A stretch of 64,000 bases of DNA from an uncultured Bacillota bacterium (GCA_947650795.1 CANSWR010000001.1:64398-128397), one strand, 5' to 3'. Positions 51,114 to 63,912 are shown, counted from the stretch's first letter. Notes: generated from the letters alone by a model not told the origin. Program-made: numbers and translations.

Positions 51114-52150
51114 AATAATTCACCAGTATAACTAACGTTTTCAAACTCTAACTTAACATTCCTCATATTATTTTTCATAACATTAATTTTTTCCTTTGCT
51201 TCTACCATTTCTATTATATCACTATGAATATATTTTTTATTCTTCCAAAGAACTTTTCCTATTCCTTTACGTTCAATATATAAAGCATTTCCTACTTCTT
51301 GAGCTAAAAAAGGTTTTAAACATAAAATAGGAGTTTCACTTCTTATAGCTTCACTCATTGTAATCCCACCTGCTTTAGTAACTATTAAAGTAGCTTTATT
51401 CATATACTCATAAACTTTATCTGTGAATCCTATAATATTTATATTTTTATATTTCATATATAACTTATTATAAAGTTTTTTATTATACCCTAAAATAACA
51501 TTAACATGTATATTATCATACTTTTCAAGAACATCTAAAGAATTACTTATACCAGGAATTAACCCTAATCCACCGCCCATTATTAAAACTTCCGTTTTTC
51601 CTAAACTAGATTTATCACAAAACTCACTTTTTACGGGAATACCACTAACACATATATCTTTATTATTTATACCATTATACATTAAAAATTCCTTAGTCTC
51701 ATTAGAAGATACAAAATATTTTGAAGTTCCACTATTTAACCATTCTCTATGAACATCCACATCCGTTATAACCGTATACATAATTATTTTACTTCCTGTT
51801 GTTTTCTTAAAAGCAGAAATATACTGTGAACATATAGGTAATACAGAAATAATCAAATCTATATTTTTTTCTTTTATTAATCTTTCTATTTTCTTAACAT
51901 TAACCTTTTTTAAAGGAGCACTAGTACTTTTAGAAGCATACTTATTAAGAAAATTATACAAATGAGAACATTTTCCTACTAAAAAATCAAATAAACAATA
52001 AATTATTTTATTTAACTTAGGAAATAAATATTCTATTAAATCTATTACTTCTACATCACAATTTCCCTCTTTAATTATTTTATCCTTTATACTATAAGCA
52101 GCACTCATATGTCCAAAACCAAACTTACCTGCTAAAATTAAAACATTCAT
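51110..52150 (-). CDS. Glycolipid glycosyltransferase (MGDG-synthase/UgtP-like, GT28)
   Basis: MNVLILAGKFGFGHMSAAYSI is an MGDG_synth-type N-terminus. The C-terminal part is GT-B, including the segment VITKAGGITMSEAI. Confidence 0.7.
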   Translation of the reverse strand: MNVLILAGKFGFGHMSAAYSIKDKIIKEGNCDVEVIDLIEYLFPKLNKIIYCLFDFLVGKCSHLYNFLNKYASKSTSAPLKKVNVKKIERLIKEKNIDLIISVLPICSQYISAFKKTTGSKIIMYTVITDVDVHREWLNSGTSKYFVSSNETKEFLMYNGINNKDICVSGIPVKSEFCDKSSLGKTEVLIMGGGLGLIPGISNSLDVLEKYDNIHVNVILGYNKKLYNKLYMKYKNINIIGFTDKVYEYMNKATLIVTKAGGITMSEAIRSETPILCLKPFLAQEVGNALYIERKGIGKVLWKNKKYIHSDIIEMVEAKEKINVMKNNMRNVKLEFENVSYTGELL

Positions 52151-52301
52151 TTACTTCACCTCAAATTAAAAACAATTTTACACTGTAACCCAGTTGCTTT
52201 CTACCAATTACTAATTACTTTATGTCAATTTAATTTAACATTTATAATTATACATAAAAAAAGACTAATATTTCCTTACACTTTTGTAAGAAAAAACTAA
52301 T

Positions 52302-53186
52302 CTACATATCTTTTGTTTTACTAGCTTTAACTCTCTCTTCTAATTCTTTTAACTTTATTGTGTTAGTTCTCTCTATTTCTTCAGTAGCATTTCTATAATT
52401 TAAACTTATACCTATAACAAAAATAAAAGCTAAAATATAAAGCCAAACCATAAGCATTACTATTGTACCAAGTCCAGCATAATAATGATTATAATCAGCA
52501 ATATTTTTAATATAATAAGAATAAATCATAGTGACTATAAACCAAAGAGTAGTTGTAAACACTGCACCCTTAGTAACATACTTACTCTTTATCTTATCAT
52601 CTGGTGCGATTACATAAATAAGCTTTATAGCAAAATACATAACTAATAAAGTAACTGGAACATTTAAAACTGGATAAAGCATTCTTAAAATATCTACTAT
52701 AGAATTTCTAATACCTAAACTCATACAAATATTTATAATTTGCTCACCAAATAAAGGCACTATTAACATAAAAGTAAAAAGTAAAAATATAATAAGCGTA
52801 ATACCAAATGCTTTTATTCTTCTTTTAATAAAATGCTTATTCTCCAAATTAAATATCATATTAGACGCGACTATTATTGAATCACTACCATTACTAGCTA
52901 AGAAAAAAGAAACACCTAAGTAAATCATAAAACCAAACGAAAAATTTTGCTCAGAAAAAATTGGAGTAATAAGTTTTACTAAATCTTCACTTAAATTATT
53001 AGCAATAAAATCGGTAATAAAAGAAGCAGATAAGTTAAAAGAAGTTGCTATTAAAATTACAATAGATATTATAGGTACAGCACTAAGCACAAAATAATAT
53101 GCTAAAGTGCTAGGCAAAGTAAGCATTTCTGGCTTCTTCATAATATCTAAAACGTTTTTAATAAACTCTTTTATCTTATCTATCAT
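52302..53186 (-). CDS. YihY/BrkB-family membrane protein
   Basis: LTLPSTLAYYFVLSAVPIISIVILIATSF and six TM helices. Confidence 0.7.
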   Translation of the reverse strand: MIDKIKEFIKNVLDIMKKPEMLTLPSTLAYYFVLSAVPIISIVILIATSFNLSASFITDFIANNLSEDLVKLITPIFSEQNFSFGFMIYLGVSFFLASNGSDSIIVASNMIFNLENKHFIKRRIKAFGITLIIFLLFTFMLIVPLFGEQIINICMSLGIRNSIVDILRMLYPVLNVPVTLLVMYFAIKLIYVIAPDDKIKSKYVTKGAVFTTTLWFIVTMIYSYYIKNIADYNHYYAGLGTIVMLMVWLYILAFIFVIGISLNYRNATEEIERTNTIKLKELEERVKASKTKDM

Positions 53187-53191
53187 CTTTA

Positions 53192-55210
53192 CTATTCACC
53201 TTTATTCTTTCTCATCATAATTAGTGCTTCATTTATAGCATCATCAATAGTGGTTGACTCTGCATTTATCATAGAATATCCTACACTAGCGCCATATTCA
53301 TAAGGCAAATTTTTAAATTCTTTTAATAATTTATTAACATATGTTACAATTTGCTTTTCTTCATATCCTACTAAATAAACTAGAAATTCATTTCCATCAG
53401 TTCTAATTATTTCAGAATTTTCTCTTTGAGTTTTTATTAAAATTCCAGCAGCACCCTTAATTTGTTTGTCACCTTCCTCATGTCCCTTAGTATCATTTAT
53501 AGTTGATATACTATTAAGATCAACTACAACAATAGCTTGAGGATAAATCTTATTAGACTCCCAATAATTAAGATTATCATTCAAATAATTTCTATTCTTT
53601 AAATTAGTCATGACATCTAAATACATCATTTTATCTTCTTTTTTAATTTTCTTAGTAACTTTAACTTTCTTATTAAACTTAAATAATAAGAATGATATTG
53701 CTAAAACTAATACCAAAATATAAGTTATATTACTTATAACAAACTGAATAATTATATTTGCATTAACATCATGAAGTGAACTACTAACTGCCATATTATG
53801 AACAGACTTATTACCTAAAGTAGTTAGATAAAAATTAAACATATCATTAAGTACTTTATTATCATTATTCAATAAGAAATTATTACTAACATCACTCATA
53901 CCTATATATTTAATAACATAATTTTTAAGCTTACTATTTTTATAAAAATCAAATGTACTTTTCTCCATTACTATTACATCTTTATTATTCAAACTTTTAA
54001 ATAATTCTTCATAATTATTAAATACATGAACCTCTATTTGTTTTTCTCTTATAAAATTAAATAATCTAGTCTTATCAACCATCTTAATATTATCATCTTT
54101 TATACTTTCTAAACTCTCAACTGGTATAACATTATCTTGATGCGTAATAATAACATAATTTATATTACCTAAACCAACACTTGATTTATAATTAGAATTA
54201 CTAATATTATAATAATTAAGTACCAAATCAACTTTCTTTTGATTTAAAGCTTCATTTAATTTCTGTACATCTGTATATTTAATATATTTATATGTAGCGC
54301 CTGTCATATCTGCAAATAAACTTAAATATTGATTAGTAACCCCACTAAAACTATTATTGATTTTACCTTCAAACGGCATGTTGTCTATATATCCAACTAA
54401 CAAGTCATCCCCAGTAATAGTTTCCTTTTCAAGTTCACTTAATTTATAAGATTTATAATAAAGTGATAAAAAATGTTTATTAATACTTGAATATATATTA
54501 TCTTCCCATTTATTGTAAAACTTTTTAAAGACACTACTTAATATATCTTCATTACTATCTGGCGTAGATAAAACATAATGTGAGTGTAGTCCTTCTATAT
54601 GATACACAATATTATATTTATTATACACTATATCTGTCATATATTTATACATAGGAACAATCGCGTATATTATAGTATCATTCATAGATTCATCAATAGT
54701 TTCAAAATCTCCATATCCTTGAAAACTTAAGCTATAACTTTTTAAATAATCTGATATATAATCTTTATCTGTACTAATAGTGCCTATAACTTGATTACTA
54801 ATTGTAGATAAATCCGTAATTTGATTATCCAGTTTACTTATCAAAACATAATGATCAGTATAAAAAACTAAATCATTCTTTGAAACATCATTTTTATTTA
54901 AAAGCTTATAAGCATCTGCTGAATTACCATCAGTACTTACAGTAATATTAAATGTAAGACCAGTATCTTTTTCCATTTCTCTTAAATAATCATAAAATAC
55001 TCCTTCACCATTTTCACTAAAAATTGGCAAATTAGATTGAACATTAACCTTTTTAACATCAGAAACATTACTATTAATCCAATTTTTTTCAGCAAAAGAA
55101 TAATTATTTTTAGAATTATTTACATAATACAATATTCCAAATATAAGTACTAATAATATTAAAATTAACCCCGTTATTAAAAAATATTTCTTTTTATTAT
55201 TTTTTTTCAT
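53192..55210 (-). CDS. Membrane sensor protein with a large extracytoplasmic domain and a C-terminal degenerate GGDEF domain (DGNEF)
   Basis: TM helix, about 470 aa outside, a second TM helix, then a GGDEF-like fold (AIVVVDLNSISTINDTKGHEEGD...RTDGNEFLV). The GG(D/E)EF motif reads DGNEF. Confidence 0.7.
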   Translation of the reverse strand: MKKNNKKKYFLITGLILILLVLIFGILYYVNNSKNNYSFAEKNWINSNVSDVKKVNVQSNLPIFSENGEGVFYDYLREMEKDTGLTFNITVSTDGNSADAYKLLNKNDVSKNDLVFYTDHYVLISKLDNQITDLSTISNQVIGTISTDKDYISDYLKSYSLSFQGYGDFETIDESMNDTIIYAIVPMYKYMTDIVYNKYNIVYHIEGLHSHYVLSTPDSNEDILSSVFKKFYNKWEDNIYSSINKHFLSLYYKSYKLSELEKETITGDDLLVGYIDNMPFEGKINNSFSGVTNQYLSLFADMTGATYKYIKYTDVQKLNEALNQKKVDLVLNYYNISNSNYKSSVGLGNINYVIITHQDNVIPVESLESIKDDNIKMVDKTRLFNFIREKQIEVHVFNNYEELFKSLNNKDVIVMEKSTFDFYKNSKLKNYVIKYIGMSDVSNNFLLNNDNKVLNDMFNFYLTTLGNKSVHNMAVSSSLHDVNANIIIQFVISNITYILVLVLAISFLLFKFNKKVKVTKKIKKEDKMMYLDVMTNLKNRNYLNDNLNYWESNKIYPQAIVVVDLNSISTINDTKGHEEGDKQIKGAAGILIKTQRENSEIIRTDGNEFLVYLVGYEEKQIVTYVNKLLKEFKNLPYEYGASVGYSMINAESTTIDDAINEALIMMRKNKGE

Positions 55211-55219
55211 AAATGCTCC

Positions 55220-55684
55220 TTAATTATTAGTCCAAACTATTTGTGAATTTTCTGAATTTTTCATACCTTGCATTGGAAATATAGTAGTTTCTTCAGTATT
55301 ACCATTACAAGTTATCAAAAATGAAATATCATAAAATGATTTTTGTTCATCAGTAAATTTTTCTAAAGCTTTAACCCCCATACTCTGAGCATCCACTTTA
55401 CTAATTCCCACACTAACATCCATTATAATATATATTACTTTTCCTCTAATATCTACTTTAAGACTTTCAATACCACTTTCATATAAACCTCTTATATCTT
55501 GTTCTATAGTCTCACTTATAGGATAATTTTCTATTCCTTCTAATCTATTTCCATATTTATCTCCATCTTCACTATAGAAATAAGATATTAATCCTACACC
55601 TATACAAATTAAACTTATTAAAATAATTATTGATAGAACAAATAAAACCTTATTCTCTTTTATTAATTTTTTCATTCTTTTCAC
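55220..55684 (-). CDS. Hypothetical membrane-anchored protein
   Basis: 154 aa with an N-terminal TM helix. Confidence 0.5.
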   Translation of the reverse strand: MKRMKKLIKENKVLFVLSIIILISLICIGVGLISYFYSEDGDKYGNRLEGIENYPISETIEQDIRGLYESGIESLKVDIRGKVIYIIMDVSVGISKVDAQSMGVKALEKFTDEQKSFYDISFLITCNGNTEETTIFPMQGMKNSENSQIVWTNN

Positions 55685-55791
55685 CTCTTGTTTTTAATTA
55701 TACAATATTTTATTAATTTATGCTAGTTTACATAACCATATATTAACAAATAGAAAATTCTTATACAATTAAGTATAAGAATTACCTTAAA

Positions 55792-58141
<2,350 letters not shown>

Positions 58142-58237
58142 TTATTCACCACACTTATTATACAAAAGAAATAAAAAAAAGAAAAGTGAATAAAAGTACC
58201 AAATAGTTTTGCTTCTTATTATTTAACTATCAAAAAA

Positions 58238-58459
58238 TTATTTAATATCAACGTTTAAAGAATCTGCTATTCTTCCAAGAACTTCTAAAGTAAAACTTTT
58301 CTTCATTTTTAGACTTTCAATTTTAGCAATATAGTTCATAGAAACACCAACTTTATCAGCTAATACTTGTCGAGTTAAACATTTTTCTTCCCTATACTTT
58401 TTAATATTGACTCTTACAATATCATAATAATCTTTTTCATTTTTCATTAACTTGCTCAT
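58238..58459 (-). CDS. XRE-family HTH transcriptional regulator
   Basis: LTRQVLADKVGVSMNYIAKIE is a helix-turn-helix. Length 73 aa. Confidence 0.8.
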   Translation of the reverse strand: MSKLMKNEKDYYDIVRVNIKKYREEKCLTRQVLADKVGVSMNYIAKIESLKMKKSFTLEVLGRIADSLNVDIK

Positions 58460-58502
58460 CTCTTTATACTCTATAATATTATTTTAACTAATTGTTACAA
58501 AA

Positions 58503-59111
58503 TTAACTAGTCAACTTTTTTATTAATATTTTTCTACACAAAACTAAAACACAAATAATTATAACAATTGATAAAATCACAACATTATCAAATCCCATAT
58601 AAAAATTAAGATAAACTAAAACATTATAAAAACTATGAGAACAAATAGGATATAAAACATTTTGTGTTTTCAAAAATATATAAGAAAATATCATAGCTAT
58701 ACAAAAAATATAAAAATATTCTAATCCTTTAGCAGAATGACTAAACGAAAAAATCAAACTACTAATTACTGCAATATGTTTATCATACTTAGGATAATTT
58801 ATAATTCTGTAAGGTAAATATCTATATATATATTCTTCTATTAAAGGCACAAAAGTTACAGAAAATATAATATAAGGTAAACTTGAAATAGAAAATTGTC
58901 CTCTACTACTAACAAATATATTAGCATTTTCTAATAATATAGAAACTAACAACATAAATGAAGCTAACAAAACAGAAAATGATACTAAATTTATAACATT
59001 AAAATTATTCTTAAAACTCTCAAAAATATTATTTCCAAGTCTTTCTTTTAATTTACTTTCTATAAAATAAATAACAAATAATATAATTAAAGCACTTAAC
59101 AAATATTGCAT
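58503..59111 (-). CDS. CPBP-family intramembrane metalloprotease (CAAX protease / Abi-domain PF02517)
   Basis: EEYIYR (EExxxR), FSHS (FxxxH) and HSFYNVL (HxxxN) on a polytopic scaffold. Confidence 0.75.
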   Translation of the reverse strand: MQYLLSALIILFVIYFIESKLKERLGNNIFESFKNNFNVINLVSFSVLLASFMLLVSILLENANIFVSSRGQFSISSLPYIIFSVTFVPLIEEYIYRYLPYRIINYPKYDKHIAVISSLIFSFSHSAKGLEYFYIFCIAMIFSYIFLKTQNVLYPICSHSFYNVLVYLNFYMGFDNVVILSIVIIICVLVLCRKILIKKLTS

Positions 59112-61226
59112 TTACATTTCAACTTTCTTCAAACTTTTATGATTTTTCATTAATTGTTTAAGTCCATCTTTATATCCAAAAGCTATTGTTGCCAAACTTC
59201 CTTCTATTTTTACTACTACTCCGTCTCCATACTTTTCATGATGAACCCTGTCTCCTATATTTAAATCTTCATTTCTTCCATTTTCATACATCTTTCCAAC
59301 ATTTATTTGAGGTGTTTTTTGAATATTACTTTCAATTAAATCTACACTAATTTCATCTATAAACCTACTAGGCATATTCATAGTTGTTTTCCCATATAGA
59401 GTTCTCTTTTTAGCATTAAGCAAAAATAATTTTTTTCTAGCCCTAGTGATACCAACATAACAAAGACGTCTTTCTTCTTCCATTTCACTAGGTGTTTCAT
59501 AACATCTATTATGTGGAAAAATACCTTCTTCCATTCCTATAAGAAAAACATCATCAAATTCTAATCCTTTAGCAGAATGAAGAGTCATTAAAGTTACACC
59601 ATTTTCAACTTCCTTATATTCTTTCATATCACTTACTAAACTAATATTTTCAAGAAATTCATCTAAATTATAAATTCCTCTCTCTTCAAAAGCTAAAGTA
59701 ATACTTTTAAATTCTTCTAAGTTATCTAAACGAATTTCACTTTCTAAACTATTAGTATCCTCTAGTTCTTTTTTAATTCCACTTTTTTCCAAAATCAAAT
59801 CAACAAGTCCACTTAAATTAGTGTTCTTACTATCTTCTTTTAATTGCAAAATCAAATTTTTAAATTCTAACTCTTTACCACTTTCTATTACTTCAAACAT
59901 ACTAGTATCTCTAATATTAGCTTCAATTCTAAGTTTATCTATAGTCTTTAATCCTATTCCTCTTTTAGGAACATTAATAACTCTTTCCAAACTTACATCA
60001 TCATTAGAATTATATATTAAATGTAAATATGCTATTAAATCTTTTATTTCTTTTCTATTATAGAAAAAATAACTTCCTACTATTTTAAATGGAATACCTT
60101 CTCTTAAAAAAGCTTCTTCTACTACACGACTTTGCCCGTTTGTTCTATATAAAACTGCAATCTCACTAGGTTTTTCTCCATTAGCAATTAATTTTTTTGT
60201 TTCGCTTACTACATATTTAGCTTCTTCTAACTCTCCATCACATCTAACATATTTTATCTTCTCACCATCACCATTATTACTCCAAAGATTTTTTTCTTTT
60301 CTTTCAGTATTATTTTTAATAACCTGATTAGCTGCTTTCAAAATATTATTAGTACTTCTGTAATTTTCATCTAAAACTACCATATTAAGATCAGGATTAT
60401 CTTTCTCAAAATTAAGAACATTCATATAATTAGCAAATCTAAAAGAATATATTGATTGATCCATATCTCCTACAACAAACAAATTTCTATACTTACTAGC
60501 AAGCATTTTGCAAAGTTCATATTGCACTCCATTAGTATCTTGATATTCATCTACTAAAATATATTGATAATGTTCTTGATACTTATCTAAAACCTCATCA
60601 CTTTTCTTAAAAATCTCTAAAGGTAAAATAAGTAAATCATCAAAATCAACACTATTATTTCTCCTAAGCGTATCTATATACTTTTTATAAATTTTAATTA
60701 CTGCTTCATCCAATTCGCCTTTCATAAACTTTTGATATTCTTCTGGTGTTAAACCTTCATTTTTTGCAAAACTTATCTTATTCAAAATATATTTAACAGG
60801 AAACTTCTCACTATCTAAATTCATTTCTTTAATAAACTTTTTAATAATTGAATTAACATCATCTCTATCTAAAATTGTTATATTTTTATTATATCCAAGT
60901 ACATCTGCATTTTCTCTCACAATTTTTAAACCTAAAGAATGAAATGTCCCTATAAAAATTTTATCAGCTTCATCTCCAATAGAATTATGAACTCTCTCTC
61001 TCATTTCTCTAGCTGCTTTATTTGTAAAAGTAATCGCTAATATATTTTGTGGTCTTACACCTTCATTTATTAAATAACAAATCCTTTCAGTAAGAACTCT
61101 TGTCTTTCCACTTCCCGCTCCTGCTAAAACTAAACAAGGCCCTTCCTTATGCAAAACTGCTTCTCTTTGTCTATCATTTAATCTATCAAACATAACACCA
61201 CTTCCACTTCTAAAACTATTATACAA
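59112..61226 (-). CDS. pcrA: ATP-dependent DNA helicase PcrA (UvrD family)
   Basis: LVLAGAGSGKTRVLTERI and all SF1 motifs. Length 704 aa. Confidence 0.95.
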   Translation of the reverse strand: MYNSFRSGSGVMFDRLNDRQREAVLHKEGPCLVLAGAGSGKTRVLTERICYLINEGVRPQNILAITFTNKAAREMRERVHNSIGDEADKIFIGTFHSLGLKIVRENADVLGYNKNITILDRDDVNSIIKKFIKEMNLDSEKFPVKYILNKISFAKNEGLTPEEYQKFMKGELDEAVIKIYKKYIDTLRRNNSVDFDDLLILPLEIFKKSDEVLDKYQEHYQYILVDEYQDTNGVQYELCKMLASKYRNLFVVGDMDQSIYSFRFANYMNVLNFEKDNPDLNMVVLDENYRSTNNILKAANQVIKNNTERKEKNLWSNNGDGEKIKYVRCDGELEEAKYVVSETKKLIANGEKPSEIAVLYRTNGQSRVVEEAFLREGIPFKIVGSYFFYNRKEIKDLIAYLHLIYNSNDDVSLERVINVPKRGIGLKTIDKLRIEANIRDTSMFEVIESGKELEFKNLILQLKEDSKNTNLSGLVDLILEKSGIKKELEDTNSLESEIRLDNLEEFKSITLAFEERGIYNLDEFLENISLVSDMKEYKEVENGVTLMTLHSAKGLEFDDVFLIGMEEGIFPHNRCYETPSEMEEERRLCYVGITRARKKLFLLNAKKRTLYGKTTMNMPSRFIDEISVDLIESNIQKTPQINVGKMYENGRNEDLNIGDRVHHEKYGDGVVVKIEGSLATIAFGYKDGLKQLMKNHKSLKKVEM

Positions 61227-61256
61227 TTAAAAAAAATAAATTAAAACTATTGACTT

Positions 61257-61544
61257 TTAATCTATTTTAATAATTATCTCTCCATCTTTACTATATAAAT
61301 ATTTTTCTCTAGCATATCTAGCAACATATTCAGCGTCTTGTAACTTATTAATTTCACTTTTTAAAAGTTCTTCTTCTTCTAACCTAGTTGCAAAAGCTTC
61401 CTCTAATTCTTTCTTTTCTTTCATATTAGAATAAATAGTAGACCAATAAGAAAACATGTTACTAACAAAAAAACCTAGTAACGGTACAAAAATGATAATT
61501 AAAACTGTTATTCTTCTTTTATCTTTCTTATTAGCTTTCTTCAT
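61257..61544 (-). CDS. divIC: Septum formation initiator (DivIC/FtsB-like)
   Basis: TM helix and coiled-coil, with a C-terminal YVARYAREKYLYSKDGEII motif. It sits at the yabQ-adjacent position, as in Bacillus. ATG at 61544. Confidence 0.55.
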   Translation of the reverse strand: MKKANKKDKRRITVLIIIFVPLLGFFVSNMFSYWSTIYSNMKEKKELEEAFATRLEEEELLKSEINKLQDAEYVARYAREKYLYSKDGEIIIKID

Positions 61545-61657
61545 AATCTCCCATCCTATATAGAATAGTACCACATATCACATAATGATTCAATTACTCA
61601 TCGTACAACTTTACACAACAAAATTTGCATTTTTACATTTTTACTATTACTAACAAT

Positions 61658-61978
61658 TTATTTTTTTACTATTCTTTTTACTTTAACATACTTTTTAACT
61701 TTTATTAACTTTCTTAAAAACTTATATCTATTAACAAATAATATAAATCCAAGCAAAAATGCAAACACGAAATAAATGTGTATAACTCCATAGTTAATAA
61801 CTTTTATTAATAGAAAATATACTAATGCTAAATCAGTAGTAAATAAAATGTTGATAACTATCCTATATAAAAGGGAAGATAAATAAATAAAATTATAATT
61901 AAAATTAAATAAATAACTAACAAAAATACCATATCCAAAAGAGAATAATAAACTAATTATTTGAGTATCTAAACTCAT
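61658..61978 (-). CDS. yabQ: Spore cortex biosynthesis protein YabQ-like
   Basis: Small polytopic protein MSLDTQIISLLFSFGYGIFVSY... located between yabP and divIC. Confidence 0.5.
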   Translation of the reverse strand: MSLDTQIISLLFSFGYGIFVSYLFNFNYNFIYLSSLLYRIVINILFTTDLALVYFLLIKVINYGVIHIYFVFAFLLGFILFVNRYKFLRKLIKVKKYVKVKRIVKK

Positions 61979-62268
61979 TTAAACAATTTAGAAAGTACGC
62001 TCTCCTTATTTACTTTCTTTCCTCCACTTTCTAAATAATTCATACTATTAACTTTTCCCTTTATAGATAAAGTCCCTTGAAATGTATCTAATTTAATTAA
62101 TTCTAAACCTTCTCCCTTTATTAAAATAAATCCCATAATACTCTCTAAAAAAAACTCTTTACTGTCAAAATTTTCTAACTTCTTAACACCTGTTATTAAT
62201 ACGTTCTTTCTCTCATTAATACTAATTGCATGATTAAAATTATTACCTAGTTCACTTGTTCTATCCAT
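61975..62268 (-). CDS. yabP: Sporulation protein YabP
   Basis: HAISINERKNVLITGVKKLENFDSKEFFLESIMGFILIKGEGLELIKLDTFQGTLSIKG matches the YabP family pattern. Confidence 0.7.
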   Translation of the reverse strand: MDRTSELGNNFNHAISINERKNVLITGVKKLENFDSKEFFLESIMGFILIKGEGLELIKLDTFQGTLSIKGKVNSMNYLESGGKKVNKESVLSKLFK

Positions 62269-62314
62269 AGTATCACCTATTAAATAATATGCGTAAACTC
62301 TTATATTATACTAA

Positions 62315-63856
62315 TTAATTGATATTAATAATCTTAACATTTTTATCACGTTTTATCTCTTTTATGAAAAGAGAAGGATTATTCTTAGGTGTCAATAAAT
62401 ATACATAACTTTTAGTTCTAGTAAGCGCTACATAAAATAATCTTCTTTCTTCTTCATATAAAAAAAATTGTTTTTTCTTTACCAAAGATAAAATTTTTTC
62501 ATCTTTACATTTAGATGGAAAACCAAAAATATCATTAGAAAGATTTAATACAATAACTATTTCACTTTCCAATCCTTTAGAAGAATGAACACTCATAAAT
62601 CTTATTTTTCTTTCCTTAAATTTTTCAAATTTAATATAATTATTTTCTAACTTTTCATACGCTAAAAACTTAGTATATTTTTTTATATCAAAATTATTTC
62701 TACTAATTATTAAAATCTCTTTATCAGAAGAAACAGTTTTTAATATAGTTTCTAAAACATTATCAATTTCACTAAAATATACAACATTAATAGGTTTATC
62801 TAATCTTTTATTACTAAATAAATTCTTTTTTATCTGTATTGGATTCTTCATAACAAATTTTCCACTAGTGTTAATAAGTTCCAAACTATTTCTATATGTA
62901 TTCTCTAGTTTATATATAACAGCATCTTTATAGTAATTTTTAAAGTTTAAAAATATTTCTAAATCACATCCAGAAAAATGATAAATTGACTGATAATCAT
63001 CTCCAACTACACACAATCCTGCATTATTAATTTTAACTAGCTCTCTAATAAGATTAAATCTAAGAAATGAAGTATCCTGAAATTCATCTATAATAAAAAA
63101 CTTAAAAGCCAAATTATTATTGTTATTAGAAAGACACTCTTTAGCTAAATTAATCATATCATCAAAATCAATAGAATTAGTACTTAACTTTTCTCTTTCA
63201 TATACAATGTAAATAGCATAAATAATTATGAGGAAATTATTATACCTATGATTACCTAAATAATTTAGAAATACATTTTCATCATATCCATTACTTTTCA
63301 TAAGATTTATAAAAGTTATTATTGTTTTCTTTAACTGAACTAATTCCTTACTTTCAACTATCTCATTCCACTTTTTATCATTTTTTAAAATATAAAAATG
63401 AAATAAATCAAACACTTTATTTTGTAATATCTTATTTCCAAAACATCTACTATAAAAAAACTCATCTACAATATAAGACAACAAATCATCTGATGAAATA
63501 TTATAATCAACATTTAACTCTTTTAAAATAACTAAAGCCAATTTATGAAAAGTATAAGTAGGAACATTTACTCCGCAATTTTCTAAAATAGACTTTTTTA
63601 AACTATTAGTAGACTCATTAGTAAAAGAAATACAACATATCTCATCATATTTATAAATATTATTATCTATTAAATATTTAATCTTTCCTATTAAAGTTAA
63701 AGTTTTACCACTTCCAGCTCCAGCGATTATTAAAGAATATTTCTTATTTTCTAAAATAGTTAACATTTGTTGTTCATCTAATTTATAACCATTTACTATA
63801 ATTTTATTCATATATTTTATTAATAAAATCCTTTCCTTACTTACTATATACGACAT
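62315..63856 (-). CDS. UvrD-like SF1 helicase domain protein (short, 513 aa)
   Basis: Walker A IIAGAGSGKTLTL, Walker B FFIIDEFQDTS and C-terminal motif VHSSKGLESEIVIV. The start codon is uncertain, because no RBS precedes the first ATG. Confidence 0.7.
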   Translation of the reverse strand: MSYIVSKERILLIKYMNKIIVNGYKLDEQQMLTILENKKYSLIIAGAGSGKTLTLIGKIKYLIDNNIYKYDEICCISFTNESTNSLKKSILENCGVNVPTYTFHKLALVILKELNVDYNISSDDLLSYIVDEFFYSRCFGNKILQNKVFDLFHFYILKNDKKWNEIVESKELVQLKKTIITFINLMKSNGYDENVFLNYLGNHRYNNFLIIIYAIYIVYEREKLSTNSIDFDDMINLAKECLSNNNNNLAFKFFIIDEFQDTSFLRFNLIRELVKINNAGLCVVGDDYQSIYHFSGCDLEIFLNFKNYYKDAVIYKLENTYRNSLELINTSGKFVMKNPIQIKKNLFSNKRLDKPINVVYFSEIDNVLETILKTVSSDKEILIISRNNFDIKKYTKFLAYEKLENNYIKFEKFKERKIRFMSVHSSKGLESEIVIVLNLSNDIFGFPSKCKDEKILSLVKKKQFFLYEEERRLFYVALTRTKSYVYLLTPKNNPSLFIKEIKRDKNVKIININ

Positions 63857-63879
63857 TAATATTAGTAAACGCTTTTATT

Positions 63880-63912
63880 TTATAGAAAAAAAGAACTTAA
63901 ACATTAAGTCTA
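63880..63912 (-). terminator. Hairpin plus T-run downstream of the partial gene at the window end
   Basis: Stem GAACTTA...TAAGTTC, followed on the minus strand by TTTTTTT. Confidence 0.4.

Noticed and set aside
63322-63531. Plus-strand ORF inside the UvrD-like gene
   Set aside because: Antisense. Low-complexity translation.
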